A stretch of 64,000 nucleotides of DNA, taken from positions 62,992,001 through 63,056,000 of the forward strand of contig OX597825.1 of NCBI GenBank assembly GCA_951406725.2. The letters are read 5' to 3'. Numbering within the stretch: the stretch's first letter is position 1; each line of letters opens with the position of its first letter. Under the pieces are notes generated by a model that saw nothing but the letters and a program-made list of their open reading frames with translations, did no database searches and was not told where the DNA came from. The translations under genes were made by a program, and so were the position numbers. This document shows, one piece after another, positions 39,519 to 53,256 of the stretch. The stretch is from Octopus vulgaris. Taxonomy: Eukaryota.

Positions 39519-39567
<49 letters not shown>

Positions 39568-39575
39568 TAATAATA

Positions 39576-39652
<77 letters not shown>

Positions 39653-39735
39653 AAAATTAAAATAATTATAGCAACAACAAAATAGCAACAGATGCAGCAA
39701 TAACAACAACAACAACAACAACAACAATAATAATG

Positions 39736-39775
<40 letters not shown>

Positions 39776-40287
39776 TAATAATAAACAGGAAATATGAATG
39801 CAGGATTCCAATGTAATGGAGTAATTAGCTCGTAGAACAAAATTATATGTCCTTATATTCAGAATTTTAAGCAATAATTTTGTAAAAAGATTAACAAGAA
39901 AACTGAGAAAAACTCATTAAAGTAATGACAACAACAACAACAACAACACTAACGGCAACAACAATAATAATAATAATATCAATTCACCTGTATCTAACGT
40001 AGGCATAAGACCAGAAGTATTTGGGTGTAAATGTACGGTGGATTAAACTGATACTAGTAATTGACTGGAACTTTATTTTAATGACCCTGGAAGGATAAAA
40101 GGTAAATTTAACCTTGAGGCAATTTGAACTCGGAATGTAAAGAGATGGAACAAAATTTAGAGAGCTACCTATCACCTTGAAGCAAATATGGTTTGGTAAA
40201 ATATATCAAGAAGTTATATAAGATTTCATTCAGCACCTTTGCCTAAGTTTCTGTGTTCAATTCCTCTAAACCCTGTTTGTCCCTATC

Positions 40288-40598
40288 CTGGGCAGAGCCG
40301 AGACCGGTGTCTTGAAGCCTGGCACCGTCATAACATTTGCACCTGCCCTGATATCCACTGAGGTGAAGTCTGTAAATATGCATCACGAGTCACTTCCAGA
40401 AGCTATGCCAGGAGACAACGTTGGTTTTAACGTTAAGAATGTATCAGTAAAGGAGCTTCGTTGTGGGCATGTGGCTGGTGACAGCAAGCACGATCCTCCT
40501 GAGGAAACAAAGTCCTTTGATGCTCAGGTTATTGTCATTAACCACCCTGGACGAATTAGAGCAGGATACAGTCCAGTCTTGGATTCTCACACTGCACA
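40288..40598 (+). pseudogene. EEF1A: elongation factor 1-alpha internal fragment (domains II-III), intronless
   Basis: [66 protein letters not shown]. Truncated at both ends, with substitutions at conserved sites. Confidence 0.95.
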
Positions 40599-40674
40599 AC
40601 TTCATATCCATTGATCCAGTTCTCAAGTGTCTTAAGACAACGGAATTGCTAACTCACCAACTTGTCTTTTTTAA

Positions 40675-40860
40675 ATCTTTAGCATTCACAATGTAATGCT
40701 TATTTACTCACATTGTCTTGAAGTGGACATTCATTATCTTGTAGCTTTCAGATTTCAATAATATGGTTCTTTATTTTTACAATGACCTGGATTTGGTTGA
40801 TTTGAACATAAAACAGGTAGAATATTTTGACTGGATATGGTCGGTTTGAATGCTAAAAGA
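40675..40860. mobile_element. piggyBac-like MITE
   Basis: TTAA on both sides. TIRs ..CTTTAGCATTCA / TGAATGCTAAAAGA. Confidence 0.65.
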
Positions 40861-40956
40861 TTAATGTGTCTTCAAGTTACCATTTCATAATCTTTCATAT
40901 GGTGCTGACCATCTTGATTTCTAGAGTGTCCGACATCATAATAGAGACTTTGTGTG

Positions 40957-41188
40957 AGCAGTGAGCTGGCAGAAACATTAGCACACCAGGTGAAATGCTT
41001 AGCGGTATTTCGTCTGCCACTATGTTCTGAGTTCAAATTCCGCTGAGGTCGACTTTGCCTTTCATCTTTTTGGGGTCAATAAATTAAGTACCAGCTGCAC
41101 ACTGGGTCGATGTAATCAACTTAATCCCTTTGTATGTCCTTGTTTGTCCCCTCAGTGTTTAGCCCCTTGTGGGCAATAAAGAAATAAG
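40957..41188 (+). mobile_element. SINE family A
   Basis: Family match. Further copies at about 7665, 35225, 38403, 41760, 42270, 42715, 42945, 47395, 48650 and 59933. Confidence 0.85.
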
Positions 41189-42404
41189 AGACATTGTGTA
41201 TACTAACATAGCTCCTTCATTTCTCCATCCAAGTAGGATGTCCCTCAAGAACTCAAGCCTTCTGTGTAATGGCTCAAAAACCAAAACATACCAGATTGAT
41301 GACTGAGGCCAACATTGAGAAACTGAGCCTATTACTTGAAACAAGAATGGTTTCTAATTGAAGCATAATGGCAGGAACTTCGAAAGAGAGGAGTTATTCA
41401 ACATCATCGATCCAAGTAATTGATTAGTATGTTATTGTGTTAGTCCGAAAGGATGAAAGACAGAGTTGACTTTGAAGAATTTCAACTGAGCTTGTAAGAT
41501 GCTGAAATGGTTACCATAACGAATTTTGTAAAACATTCTATTGATTCTGCCTTATTTAGGCACAAGGGGCAAACACTTGAGGAGATCGGAGTTAATAGCA
41601 TCGCTCTTGGTTCTTGAACAGTTCTCTATTTTATTGCTTTCATGAAAAGGAAAAAATTATCTTCAGAGGATTTGGACTCAGAACATAAATGGACAGAATA
41701 TAAGGCATTTTGTTCAGTGCTCAAAAAATTCTAATAAATCATCAACAATCATGATAGGAATAATCCTTTCTGTTATAGGTACAAGGTCTGAAATTTGGGG
41801 GAGGGGGATAGTTGATTACATCAACCTCAGTGCTTCATAGGTACTTAATTTATCAACCCCGAAAGGATGAAAGATAAAATCGACCTTGGTGAAATTTGAA
41901 CTCAGAACATAGTGACGGGTGAAATACTGCTCATGATAGGAATAATAGAAATAATGTTGACAATTATAATGATACTTTTTTCTAATTTAAGAAGAGGCTC
42001 AGTGATTTTTACGAGAAAGAATAAGTCAATACCACCAACTGCAGTATAGGACTGATGCTTTTCATACTACAGTATGAGTAGTAAAGCTAAGCTCAGCTAG
42101 ATGCAAAGTGTGAATTTCAAGATTAGGGACCAATAAATACCTTAAAGCATTTCTTCCAGTGTTTTAATAATTCTGCTGATTTACTGTCTTAATGATAAAA
42201 ATACTAATAATGGTGGTGATGATAACAACAACAACAACAACAGCAGTAGTAACAATAATAATGGAAAAAAGGCAGTGAGCTGGCAGAAACGTTAGCATCC
42301 CAGGCAAAATGCTTAGCAGTTTTCGTCTGTCTTTACGTTCTGAGTTCAAATTCTGCCGAGGTCAACTTTGCCTTTCATCCATTTGGGGTTGATAAATTAT
42401 TATT

Positions 42405-42685
42405 ATTTTTCTAGAGAATAAAGGTCAAGCGTCTTCAGCCTTTCTTCATAAGACAAATGCTTGAGACCAAGAACCATGCAGGTAGCCAGCTTCTGGACTC
42501 TTTCGAGATGATGTATGTCTTTGAGGAGATAAAGAGAAGAGGCTTGAATCCTGTACTCCAATATGGGTCTCACCAGCGTGACATAGAGTGGTAGGAATAT
42601 GGATGCTGTGAGCATTCTGAATGACCGTCGAATCAAAAACAGAACTCCACATGCTTTGTTGACAGCATGGACGCACTGGAACAAC
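42405..42685 (-). mobile_element. CR1-clade LINE RT C-terminal fragment
   Basis: LYVTLVRPILEY..KDIHHLERVQKLAT..LSYEERLKTLDLYSLE. Confidence 0.9.
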
Positions 42686-43214
42686 AGCAAGGAACAATAA
42701 TAATGATAATGATTTCAAATTTTGGCAGAAGCCCATCAAGTTTGAGAGGTGGGGCAAGCCAATTACATCAACCCCTGTGTTTAACAGGTACTCCTTTTAT
42801 TGACCCCAAAATGATGAAAGGCAAAGTTGACTTCAGCGGAATTTGAACTCAGAATGTAAAGACAGACGAAATACCACTAAGCATTTTGCCTGGTGTGCTA
42901 ACTATTCAGACAGCTCACTGCCTTAGTATTAATAATAATAATAATCCTTTCTAATTAAAAGTACAAGCCCTGAAATTTGAGGAGAGGGCACTAGCCAATT
43001 ACATCAACCTCAGTGTTTCACTGGTGCTTAATTCAACAGCCCCAAAAGGATGAAAGGTAAAGTTGACCTCGGCAGAATTTGAACTTGGAACATAAAGACA
43101 GTGAGATGCCACAAAGCATTTTTCCCAGTGTACCTTAGTATTAACAGCAATAATAACAACAAGATGAAGAAGAAGAAAGAAAACAAGTACATAACCTAAT
43201 TTATCATTTTTTTT

Positions 43215-43762
43215 TTCACCCTTTTCAAGCCCAGCCAGGCTCATGGGCCCGGTTTCTGTGGCATATGTATTCTCCCCAGCTGAACGGGATGCCAGTCCAT
43301 TGCAGCATTACTCAAGAAACAGGAAAAGAGAGAGTGAGAGAAAGTTGTGGTGAAAGAGTACAACAGGGTTTGCCACCACCTCCTGCTGGAGCTTCGTGGA
43401 GCTTTTAGGTGTTTTCGCTCAATAAACACACACAACGCTCAGTCTGGGAATCGAAACCGCGCCCCTCTGACTGCGAGTCTGCTGCCCTAACCACTGGGCC
43501 ATTGTGCCTCCACTGTGGCCTTTAAAAGCCTAGCCAGGCTCATGAGCCCAGTTTCCCGGTTTCAATGGCGTATGTGTTCTCCAGCTGGACGGGATGCCAG
43601 TCCATCGCAGCGTTACTCATTTTTGCCAGCTGAGTGGACTGGAGCAACATAAAGTGGAAGTGTTTTGCTCAAGAACACAACGCGTCACCTGGTCCAGGAA
43701 TCGAAACCACAATCTTACGATCATGATGCTGACATCCTAATGACAAAGCCATGCACCTCCAC
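43215..43762 (-). mobile_element. two adjacent SINE family D copies
   Basis: Heads GGAGGCACAATGGCCCAGTGGTTAGG and GGAGGTGCATGGC, B box GGTTTCGATTCC, shared TGC.ATGGACTGGCATCCCG core. Confidence 0.85.
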
Positions 43763-44371
43763 AATTTATCAATTACATAGATTAATAAGAAAATATCTAA
43801 GATTAAAAAATTTAATTGCTGGGGATAAAATATAAAATAATTATTAGATTCAGGGCTTTTGAGTGGAAAAATGTAATTAAAAGCTTGTATTGATGTAATC
43901 CTTTTCATGGAGAAATATCCCTGCCGCTATTGACAGCTAATCATAAAGAATTGCCATAGTTTACTGTTATTAACATCAAATGGTGTTGCCAAGCTGCAGA
44001 GAGTGACCAATACCAAGAAAGAATGGGAAATGCATTCTTAACAAAACTAAGGAACAAAGAAGCCGTAATCCATTATTCGCTATTATAGTTGTATGTCACT
44101 AACACATGGAAAACTTGAATAAAAGAAATAAGAATAGTTTAGATAATAATATTTCAGTGAATCCTTCTGATGTCTAATTAATATGTGGACTGGTTTTCAA
44201 ATACATGTATGTATACATACATGTATATATACAAACATATATATATATATGCGCTCACACATGTGCGTGTGTATAAATATAAATATATGTATGCATGTAT
44301 ATAGACGTGTATGTATATTCCATCTTCCATCACTTCCATCTTTCATTTGCTACACACACACACACACACAT

Positions 44372-44422
<51 letters not shown>

Positions 44423-44471
44423 CACACACACATATATATATATACATATATATCTATATATATTATAAATA

Positions 44472-45370
44472 GTGTTAAACACCATCTAAATGCTGCTGTT
44501 CCCTAGGAATGGAAAACAATGCTGTTTTAACCCCAGGTGGACACCTCCTCCAGATGGTTATACAGTGCGCTCTGCACATGATATATATTTCTTTTTTTTT
44601 ATCACCCACAGTGGGCTAAACATAGAGGAAACAAACAAAGACAGACAAAGGGATTAAGTCGATTACAACGACCCCAGTGCATAACTGGTACTTATTTAAT
44701 CGAACCCGAAAGGATGAAAGGCAAAGTCGACCTTGGCGGAATTTGAACTCAGAATGTAATGGCAGACGAAATAACGCTAAGCATTTTGCTCAGTGTGCTA
44801 ACGATTCTACCAACTCACTGCCTTATATATCACATATATCGCTGCACATGATATATATTGCAAGCAGGGAGAGAACTCCTTACTATTTTAACCCCGAGAC
44901 CATTTGACCATACAGTATCCTCAGTGAAGGATACTCATCTGCTAGACATAGTAGTAGCTCAATCCAGCTTGCAATATATAGAAAATATATAGAAAAATAA
45001 GGGACACGCAGTCACTGACCTTGTAACAAGTAAAGTAGCTAGTCAAGAAAATCACTTCAAGAGATGAAAGCAATATCCGTAATGACAAGAAGCGTTTAAT
45101 GCCATCTTAACATGGTTGTTCCCTAGGAACAGTCAATACTGCCATACAACCTCATTGTCTTCACGTAAAAATAGTAGGGAGTTCTCTGCCCACTTACAAT
45201 TTATATGAGTGCAGAGTGCACTGCATAACCAGCTAGTGGACTGTCCTCCTGGGGTTAAAATCGCAGTGTCATTGGTTTCTAGAGAATAGCTATGTTTAGG
45301 TGATGTTAAACACTACTTGTCGGTATGAATGCTGCTTTCATCTCTTATAGAGGTTTTCTTGACTAGCTAG
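44472..45370. mobile_element. Penelope-like non-coding element with direct plus inverted terminal segments; SINE A nested at 44590-44824
   Basis: GTTCCCTAGGAA segment is direct at about 44498 and 45118 and inverted at 45207-45370. The SINE is flanked by CTGCACATGATATATATT (44572, 44842). Confidence 0.5.
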
Positions 45371-45556
45371 TTTGCATATATCTGTATATATAAAAGGCAG
45401 GATGCATGTGTGTGTGTGTGTGTGTGTTTGTGTGTACGTGAATGTAATTTATGCACATCCACAAATTAGCATGCATGTCGCTCCAAAAATCTCGGACCTT
45501 GTGTGTTTAGTAGAAAATGAATGCTGAGTGAATGCTTAGTGGTATTTTGTCTGTCT

Positions 45557-46250
45557 TTATGTTCTGAGTTCAAATATCTCCTAGGTCGACTTTGTCTTTC
45601 ATCCTTTCAGGTTTGATAAATTAAGTACCAGTTATGTACTGGGGTCGATCTAATCGACTGTTTCCCATCCCAAAAGATTTTGGGCCTTGTGCTTTACGTT
45701 CCGAGTTCAAATTCCTCCAAGGTCAACTTTGCCTATCATCCTTTTGGGGTCGATGAATTAAGTACCAGTTACGCACTGGGGTCGATCTAATCGACTGTTT
45801 CCCGTCCCAAAAGATTTTGGGCCTTGTGCTTTACGTTCCGAGTTCAAATTCCTCCAAGGTCAACTTTGCCTATCATCCTTTTGGGGTCGATGAATTAAGT
45901 ACCAGTTACGCACTGGGGTCGATCTAATCGACTGTTTCCCGTCCCAAAAGATTTTGGGCCTTGTGCTTTACGTTCCGAGTTCAAATTCCTCCAAGGTCAA
46001 CTTTGCCTATCATCCTTTTGGGGTCGATGAATTAAGTACCAGTTACGCACTGGGGTCGATCTAATCGACTGTTTCCCGTCCCAAAAGATTTTGGGCCTTG
46101 TGCTTTATGTTCTGAGTTCAAATTCCTCCAAGGTCAACTTTGCCTATCATCCTTTTGGGGGACAATGAATTAAGTACCAGTTGCGTACTGGGGAGAGGGG
46201 CGATCTAATCGACTGCCCCCCCCCTTACCCAAAATTTCGGGCCTTGTGCC
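45557..46250 (+). repeat. tandem array of five 137-bp SINE A-derived units
   Basis: Units start at 45557, 45694, 45831, 45968 and 46105. The middle three are near-identical. Confidence 0.95.
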
Positions 46251-47599
46251 TAGATTAGGAAAGAATATAGTTGTCACTCTTCTTGTTGTTTAGTCTTAGT
46301 TCAGACATGATCAGGACTGATTGAAGGTACCATCAAGCTTACTTCCTGTTTCTGTTGTACCTGTATTTCAAAGGGCCGGCCTTGTCACTCTCTTGTGTCA
46401 CACTGAATATCCCCAAGAACTACGTTAAGGTAACACGTGTCTGTGGAGTGCTCAGCCACTCACACGTTAATTTCACGAGCAGGCTGTTCCGTTGATTCGG
46501 ATCAACCGGAACCCTCGTCGTCGTAACCGACGGAGTGCTTCCATCCACCATCAAGCTGGAAATACTGGTAACTTAAGCAGTCACAAGGTGTGCCATATCT
46601 TGTGTTTGGGATCTTAAAAATGAAAAAAGGAAAGGAAATAAATAAATTAAGTAAACACTTCATTTTCAGATTTAATAAATCCTAATATTTTTATTTTCTA
46701 TGTTTTACTTGTTTCAGTGACTTATTCTAAATCCATGCTGAGGCTCTGCTTCGAGGAATTTTGGTTGAATGGTTCAAACTCAGTGCTTATGTTTATGAAC
46801 TTATCCAGTCAGTCTGTTTTCACAAACCACAATGCTAGAGGGACATAAAACTCCACAGCAACTGTTGTCAAGCAGAGGGGACAGACAAGCACAGACGTAA
46901 AGACACATGTATGCGTGCACGTGTGCACACACATACACATGCATACACACACACACACACATAAGGAAAGAGATGACAATGTCGTCATCAACACCTACAG
47001 GCTGATCATCTTCATCATCCTCATCAAGATTATCATCGTTGTCATCGTCATCATCATCATCATCGTCATCATCGTCATCATTTACATCTACTTGCCATTC
47101 TCACTGACTAACTCGTGCCAGCAAGGAAACAGGCATGAAATGATGATGATGACAATGACGACGACAACTACGATGACGACAATGATGATGACAACAATGA
47201 TCACAGTGATGACAACAAAAAGATGACAATGACAACGACAACGACGATGACAACGACGATGATGATGAGGAGCAGGAGAAGGAGGAGTAGGAGAAAAATA
47301 TATATTCAACAGCCTCCCATATAACTGACACCAAACAAATTTCCCACACATAAACTCACATAATGTTTAATATGTAATATAGGTAATATTATTCAGGTGG
47401 TAAGTGGGCAGAATCATTAGCACACCAGGCAAAATGCTTAGTGGTATTTCAGCCATTGTTACATTCTGAGTTCAAATTCCATCGAGGTCAACTTCATCCC
47501 ATTGGGGTAGACAAAATAAGTACCAGTTGAAAACTGGGGTTGATATAATCGACTAGTTCCTCTCCCAAAATTTCAGACCTTGTGCGTTTAGTAGAAAGG

Positions 47600-47840
47600 A
47601 TAAAAAGAAAAGGGCCCTTACCTTGTTCAGGCACTTGTGGCTTTTGTGAGGTTTTCCACAAGGCCCCTAAAGCATCTCCCCTATTGGGAGTTTTAAACTG
47701 TTTAATTTTTTATAATTATATATATTGTTTACACATTGTAAAACCCATTGTATTGTCCTATTTTTGTCTTTTATGCTGTTGTATGTGTTTTAATGTAATT
47801 TTATGTAAGCCCTTGCCGCCAGTAAATGAATAAAAGAAAC
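47600..47840 (+). mobile_element. probable LINE 3'UTR fragment
   Basis: T-rich UTR ending GTAAGCCCTTG..AATAAAAGAAA, attached to a SINE tail. Confidence 0.35.
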
Positions 47841-48118
47841 CCTCTCAACACATGGCTACGATGCTTCCCCACTACTTCTGTTCTTGATCAGAGATGCACA
47901 TATCGTCAGCCACTAAGGGACATGCTCAACTGGTTAAGGTCAAACAACTGACAAGCAAATCTGTGGTACTGAGCAGAATATTTGCTGTAGCCCATCTTTT
48001 ATACCAAGACAAAACAATGTACATGATAGCACTTCCAATCAGTTTAGATCAGAAGCCACAAGAGCCACTGCCTGGTACTGCATCAGGGCATTTATTATTA
48101 TTATTATTATTATTATTA

Positions 48119-48150
<32 letters not shown>

Positions 48151-48175
48151 GTTATTGTTGTTGTTGTTGTTATAA

Positions 48176-48207
<32 letters not shown>

Positions 48208-48249
48208 CAACAATGATAATAATAATAATGATAATAATAATAATAATAA

Positions 48250-48341
48250 TAATATTGTAGTATTTTGGAATGGTCATTTTGCCAGTTTTAAGATCAGAAG
48301 CCACGAGAGCCACTGCCTGGTACTGCATCAGGTCATTATTA

Positions 48342-48376
<35 letters not shown>

Positions 48377-48391
48377 ATTATTATTATAATG

Positions 48392-48430
<39 letters not shown>

Positions 48431-48556
48431 ATTATAATAATAATAATAATTATTGTTATTAAAATAATATAATGACCTGATGCAGTACCAGGTAGTGGCT
48501 CTCGTGGCTTCTGATCTTAAACTGGTAAAATGACCATTTCGAAATACTACAATATT
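48250..48556. repeat. inverted duplication (about 85-bp unique arms) around (ATT)n spacer
   Basis: ATATTGTAGTATTTTGGAATGGTCATTTTGCCAGTTTTAAGATCAGAAGCCACGAGAGCCAC..CATCAGGTCATT is mirrored at 48471-48555. Confidence 0.9.
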
Positions 48557-48605
48557 ATTATTATTATTATCGTTATCATCATCATCATCATCATTATTAT
48601 TATTA

Positions 48606-48645
<40 letters not shown>

Positions 48646-49834
48646 CATTAAAGCTGGCAGAATTATTAGCAAACCAGGCAAAATGGTTAACAGTATTTCA
48701 TCTGTTGTTACGTTCTGAGTTCAAATTCTGTCAAGGTTGACTTTGCCTGTCATCCTTTTGGAGATCAACAAAATAAATACCAGTTGAGCACTGGGACTGA
48801 TTTGATCAACTTAGCAGTCCTCCAAAATTGCTGGCCTTGTGCTAAAATTTGAAACCATTATTAGTAATGGTAATGAATCTACACATATTTGAATACCTGT
48901 TGTATCAACAACTTATCAACACTTTAACAAAGAACCACACATACAAGATCTTATATTAAATCACTAATTATATCTACAAATGAAAATTAGACTGAAGAAT
49001 TCAATAATGTTTTTGCCATATTGGTTTTGTTGTTATTCTTCTTATTTTTTGGTATATTGAAGGATGTCAATGGAAACATCTTCTTCAAACAAATGCTCCA
49101 GTAACAATTGAAAGATTCCAGAAAATTGTATTCCTAGCTTAATTTAATCTATTCTCATCTGTGAATGTAATATAGCTATTACGAAATGGAGGAGGAAGTG
49201 TTATGCAATACAATCAACCAAAGTGAAATCTTAGAGATAATTACAAGTCTTTTAGAATGATACACTGTTGTTAAATTAATGAATAAAACACAAAAGCTTC
49301 ACAATTATTAATAGAACAAATAATCTCGTAATATTTTATCCTTTTCATAAAAGTGTAACAAACAAAAGCAAATGTTTGGATTTCTTCAATTTGATTGTCC
49401 ATAAGTGAAGACTGCCATCTTGTTGGAAGATTACACAGCTGAAGCAATCTTCAAGGTTTACATTTTAAACATGTTCTAAAATGTGAGCTACGCACTTCAA
49501 GGCAGGCTATTTAATTATGTTTAATATAATAGTTAGTTGTATTTGTTTATATAAGCTTAAAGTTTGATGAGCTAAGCTGTTCAGAGTTCCCATGTTGTCT
49601 TCCACCAGAGACAGGGTTCAAGCCACCTCTGATGAAGTTTCAAACATGATTTAATATGGAATAAACCAATGTGGACAACTAAGCTGAGATGAACTGACAA
49701 TCGTACCTCAGATTTACCCTGAGCCTCCAGATTACTTGAAGATTCAAGATGTGTTATATAAATCTGCCTGGTCTCAGTGTCTTTTTGACAAGAAACTATT
49801 AGTAGGTCTTATTTTAAATAATGGGTACATTCAA

Positions 49835-49871
<37 letters not shown>

Positions 49872-49872
<1 letters not shown>

Positions 49873-50002
49873 TAGCAGTATAACCTGGCTTTGTCTGGGA
49901 TTAAGTTAGGATTATTAAGCTAATCAAGTTCTTTATTTCAAACCAAAGTAAGTAACATCGACGTCAAATTTGGCCGAAATCCATTGTAATTGGTTTATAT
50001 AC

Positions 50003-50005
<3 letters not shown>
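49872..50005 (-). mobile_element. short Helitron-like element (CTAG terminus at 49873)
   Basis: Minus strand CCCAGACAAAGCCAGGTTATACTGCTAG|T resembles the 36886 terminus. Confidence 0.45.
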
Positions 50006-50083
<78 letters not shown>

Positions 50084-50321
50084 TTAACGTCCGTTTTCTG
50101 TGCTAGCATGGGTTGGACAGTTCGACCGGGGTCAGGGAAGCCAGGAGGCTGCACCAGGCTCCAGTCTGATCTGGCAGTGTTTCTACAGCTGGATGCCCTT
50201 CCTAACGCCAACCACTCCATGAGTGTAGTGGGTGCCTTTTACGTGCCACTGGCACAGGTGCCAGAGTAGTCTGGCAGCGGCCATGATCGGTTGGTGCTTA
50301 CATATATGTATGTATGTATAT

Positions 50322-50365
<44 letters not shown>

Positions 50366-50829
50366 GCAACACACACACATGCATACATACACCTATTACA
50401 TACATGTTTTTTGTACACATACATGTTCTTGTGTGTGTTGCCCGTATATCAACAAAACACTTTTTTTTCCTTGATGGAAAAATAAAACAACAAAATTCTT
50501 AACAAAAACTTACTGGACACTAGAAGGGGACTTAAATCCTGTTTGCAAACAATGGTCATTTCTCTGACTTGAAAATTGTTAAAAGTTTTGGTTGAAAAAT
50601 TATTTTTACTGCTATTCGCTGGTGCCTCAGGGGAAAATAAGTTGACAAAAATATAGCAAGGGCCATGAAGAATGTCCTCCTAGGTGCCATGCTGTGGGAC
50701 CGAACCCAGAATCATGTGGTTGGGAAGCAAACTTCTTACCACACAGCCATATTGTTCTGACTGAAAATGGATGAGGAGAATGAGTGAAGGTTTTGTATTT
50801 CTAGGACATGTAAGAGAGGTGTTTGATCT

Positions 50830-51700
50830 GTACACCACCAACAACACCACCAGAACAACCACCCCTATCCCCACATCCCGCACCACCATTGTCATAATCC
50901 TCATCATAATCATCAACTTCAGCATCATCACCATCACCACCACATCCCACCACCATCAACATCATAATCATCATTACCACCACACCATCATCATCATCAT
51001 CATCACCACCACCACCACCATTATCATCATCATCACCAACACCACCATCAACACCCGCCACAACCATCATCATCATCATCATCATCACCAACACCACCAC
51101 CACCGCTACCGCCACCACCACCACCACCACCATTGTCATAATCCTCATCATAATCATCAACTTCAGCATCATCACCAACACCACCATCAACACCACCACC
51201 ACCATCATTATCATCATCATCACCAACACCACCACCACATCATCATCATCATCACCACCACCACCACCACCACCACCATCATCATCATCACCACCACCAC
51301 CACCACCACTGCCACCATCATCATCATCACCAACACCACCATCAACACCACCACCACTATCATCATCATCATCACCACCACCACCACCACCACTGCCACC
51401 ATCATCATCATCACCAACACCACCATCGACACCACCACCACCACCACTACCATCATCATCATCACCACCTCCACCACCATCACTACCACCACTGCCACCA
51501 TCATCATCATCACCAACACCACCATCAACACCACCACCACCATCATTATCATCATCATCACCAACACCACCACCACTGCTGCCGCCTCCACCTCCATTAA
51601 CACCACCACCACCACCACCACTACCATCATCATCATCACCACCACCACCACCATCACCACCACCATCACCACCACCATCATCATCACCAACACCACCACC

Positions 51701-51731
<31 letters not shown>

Positions 51732-52790
51732 CCACCACCACCACCACCACTGCCACCATCATCATCACCACCACCACCACCACCACCACCACCACCACCA
51801 TCACCATCATCACCACCACCACCACCATCACCACCACCACCACCACCACCATCATCATCACCAACACCACCACCACCACCACCACTGCCACCATCATCAT
51901 CACCAACAGCTCCACCACCACTGCCGCCGCCGCCGTCCCCACCATCACCACCACCACCACCACCACCACCATAGCCACGTTGTCCTTGGTATCAACATCA
52001 TCGTTGTTGTTGTCGTCTTTATCGTAGCCACAATAAGAATGAAGAATGCCTTCAGTGATTAGATCATACTCAGGTGTTAATCGTGATGCTGGTGAGAGCC
52101 ATGATGAAGATTGTGAAGATGGTAGAGATGCTGATGTTGAGGGTAAGGATGATGAGGAGTAGGATGGTGCAAAAGATGAATGTGGTGAGGATGATGATGA
52201 CAAGGAGGTTGAGGACAAAGGGGAAGGTGTTGATTTCAGTTGAAATAAGGGTTGGTGATATGGTTAAGGTGATGATGAGGAAAAAGATGGTGAAGTTGGA
52301 TACTGGTGATGATGATGTTCATGGTATTGATGATGATGATGATGATGATGATGAAGAAGATGGGAGATGACAGTGATGGATGTATGGACCTGATGGCGAT
52401 GACAGGGGAGGAGTGATTGTAAAACTGATGATGATACCAATGATGTTGATAATGATGGTGATGATGATGGCTGTGGTGGTGGTGGTGATGTTGATGGTGG
52501 TGACGACGACGATGATGATGATGATGATGATGATGACGACGACGACGATGATGGTGATGATGACGATTTTGATGATGGCTATGGTGATGGTGATGGTGAT
52601 GATGATGGCCATGGTGGTGGTGGTGACGTTGGTGGTGACAACGTTGATGATGATGATGATGATGATGATGATCATGATCATGACGACGACGACGATGATG
52701 GTGATGATGACGATGTTGATGATGGTTATGGTGATGGTGATGGTGATGATGATGGCAGTGGTGGTGGTGATGTTGGTGGTGACAACGTTA

Positions 52791-52823
<33 letters not shown>

Positions 52824-52900
52824 GCGACAATGATGATAATGATGGCGACAATGATGATGATGACAACGGCAATGATGACGATGATGGTGAGAGTGAGGAC
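50830..52900. repeat. (CAC/CAT)n block followed by (GAT/GGT)n block
   Basis: Trinucleotide low complexity at 50830-51970 and 52320-52900. Similar tract at 55570-55950. Confidence 0.95.
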
Positions 52901-53256
52901 GACAATGATAGGGAAGGTGATAATAGGAAGAGTGCAGATGACGGCAAAGGAAAGAAGGAGAAAGATTATCAACACCGTGATGAAGATGCTGGAGACAACA
53001 ATCAAAATAATGATCATTATCTTCCCTGTTGGTTTTATAGCAGCTTCCTTTTTTTTACTTTTTATTTCTTTTCCTTTCTCATTTTCTTTCTCAAAGAAAC
53101 ATTGATTGATCATTCTTGAAATACACTGAGTAACCTCCCACATTTCAGGAAAATGGGTTACCTTTACCATAAGGCATATCCACTGATCACTAGAATATCT
53201 TCCCTACTTCCCTTCATGTCACTTTTAGGTTATTATCATTATTATTATTGTTATTA

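Noticed and set aside
45557-46250. CRISPR-like regular repeat
   Set aside because: Units are contiguous and SINE-derived, with no spacers.
49625-49710. CTGATGAAGTT possible hammerhead
   Set aside because: No properly placed GAAA or stem I found.
50771-52027. 418-aa His/Thr/Ile-rich ORF and overlapping reverse ORFs
   Set aside because: Pure CAC/CAT repeats lack stops in several frames; no domain or splice evidence.
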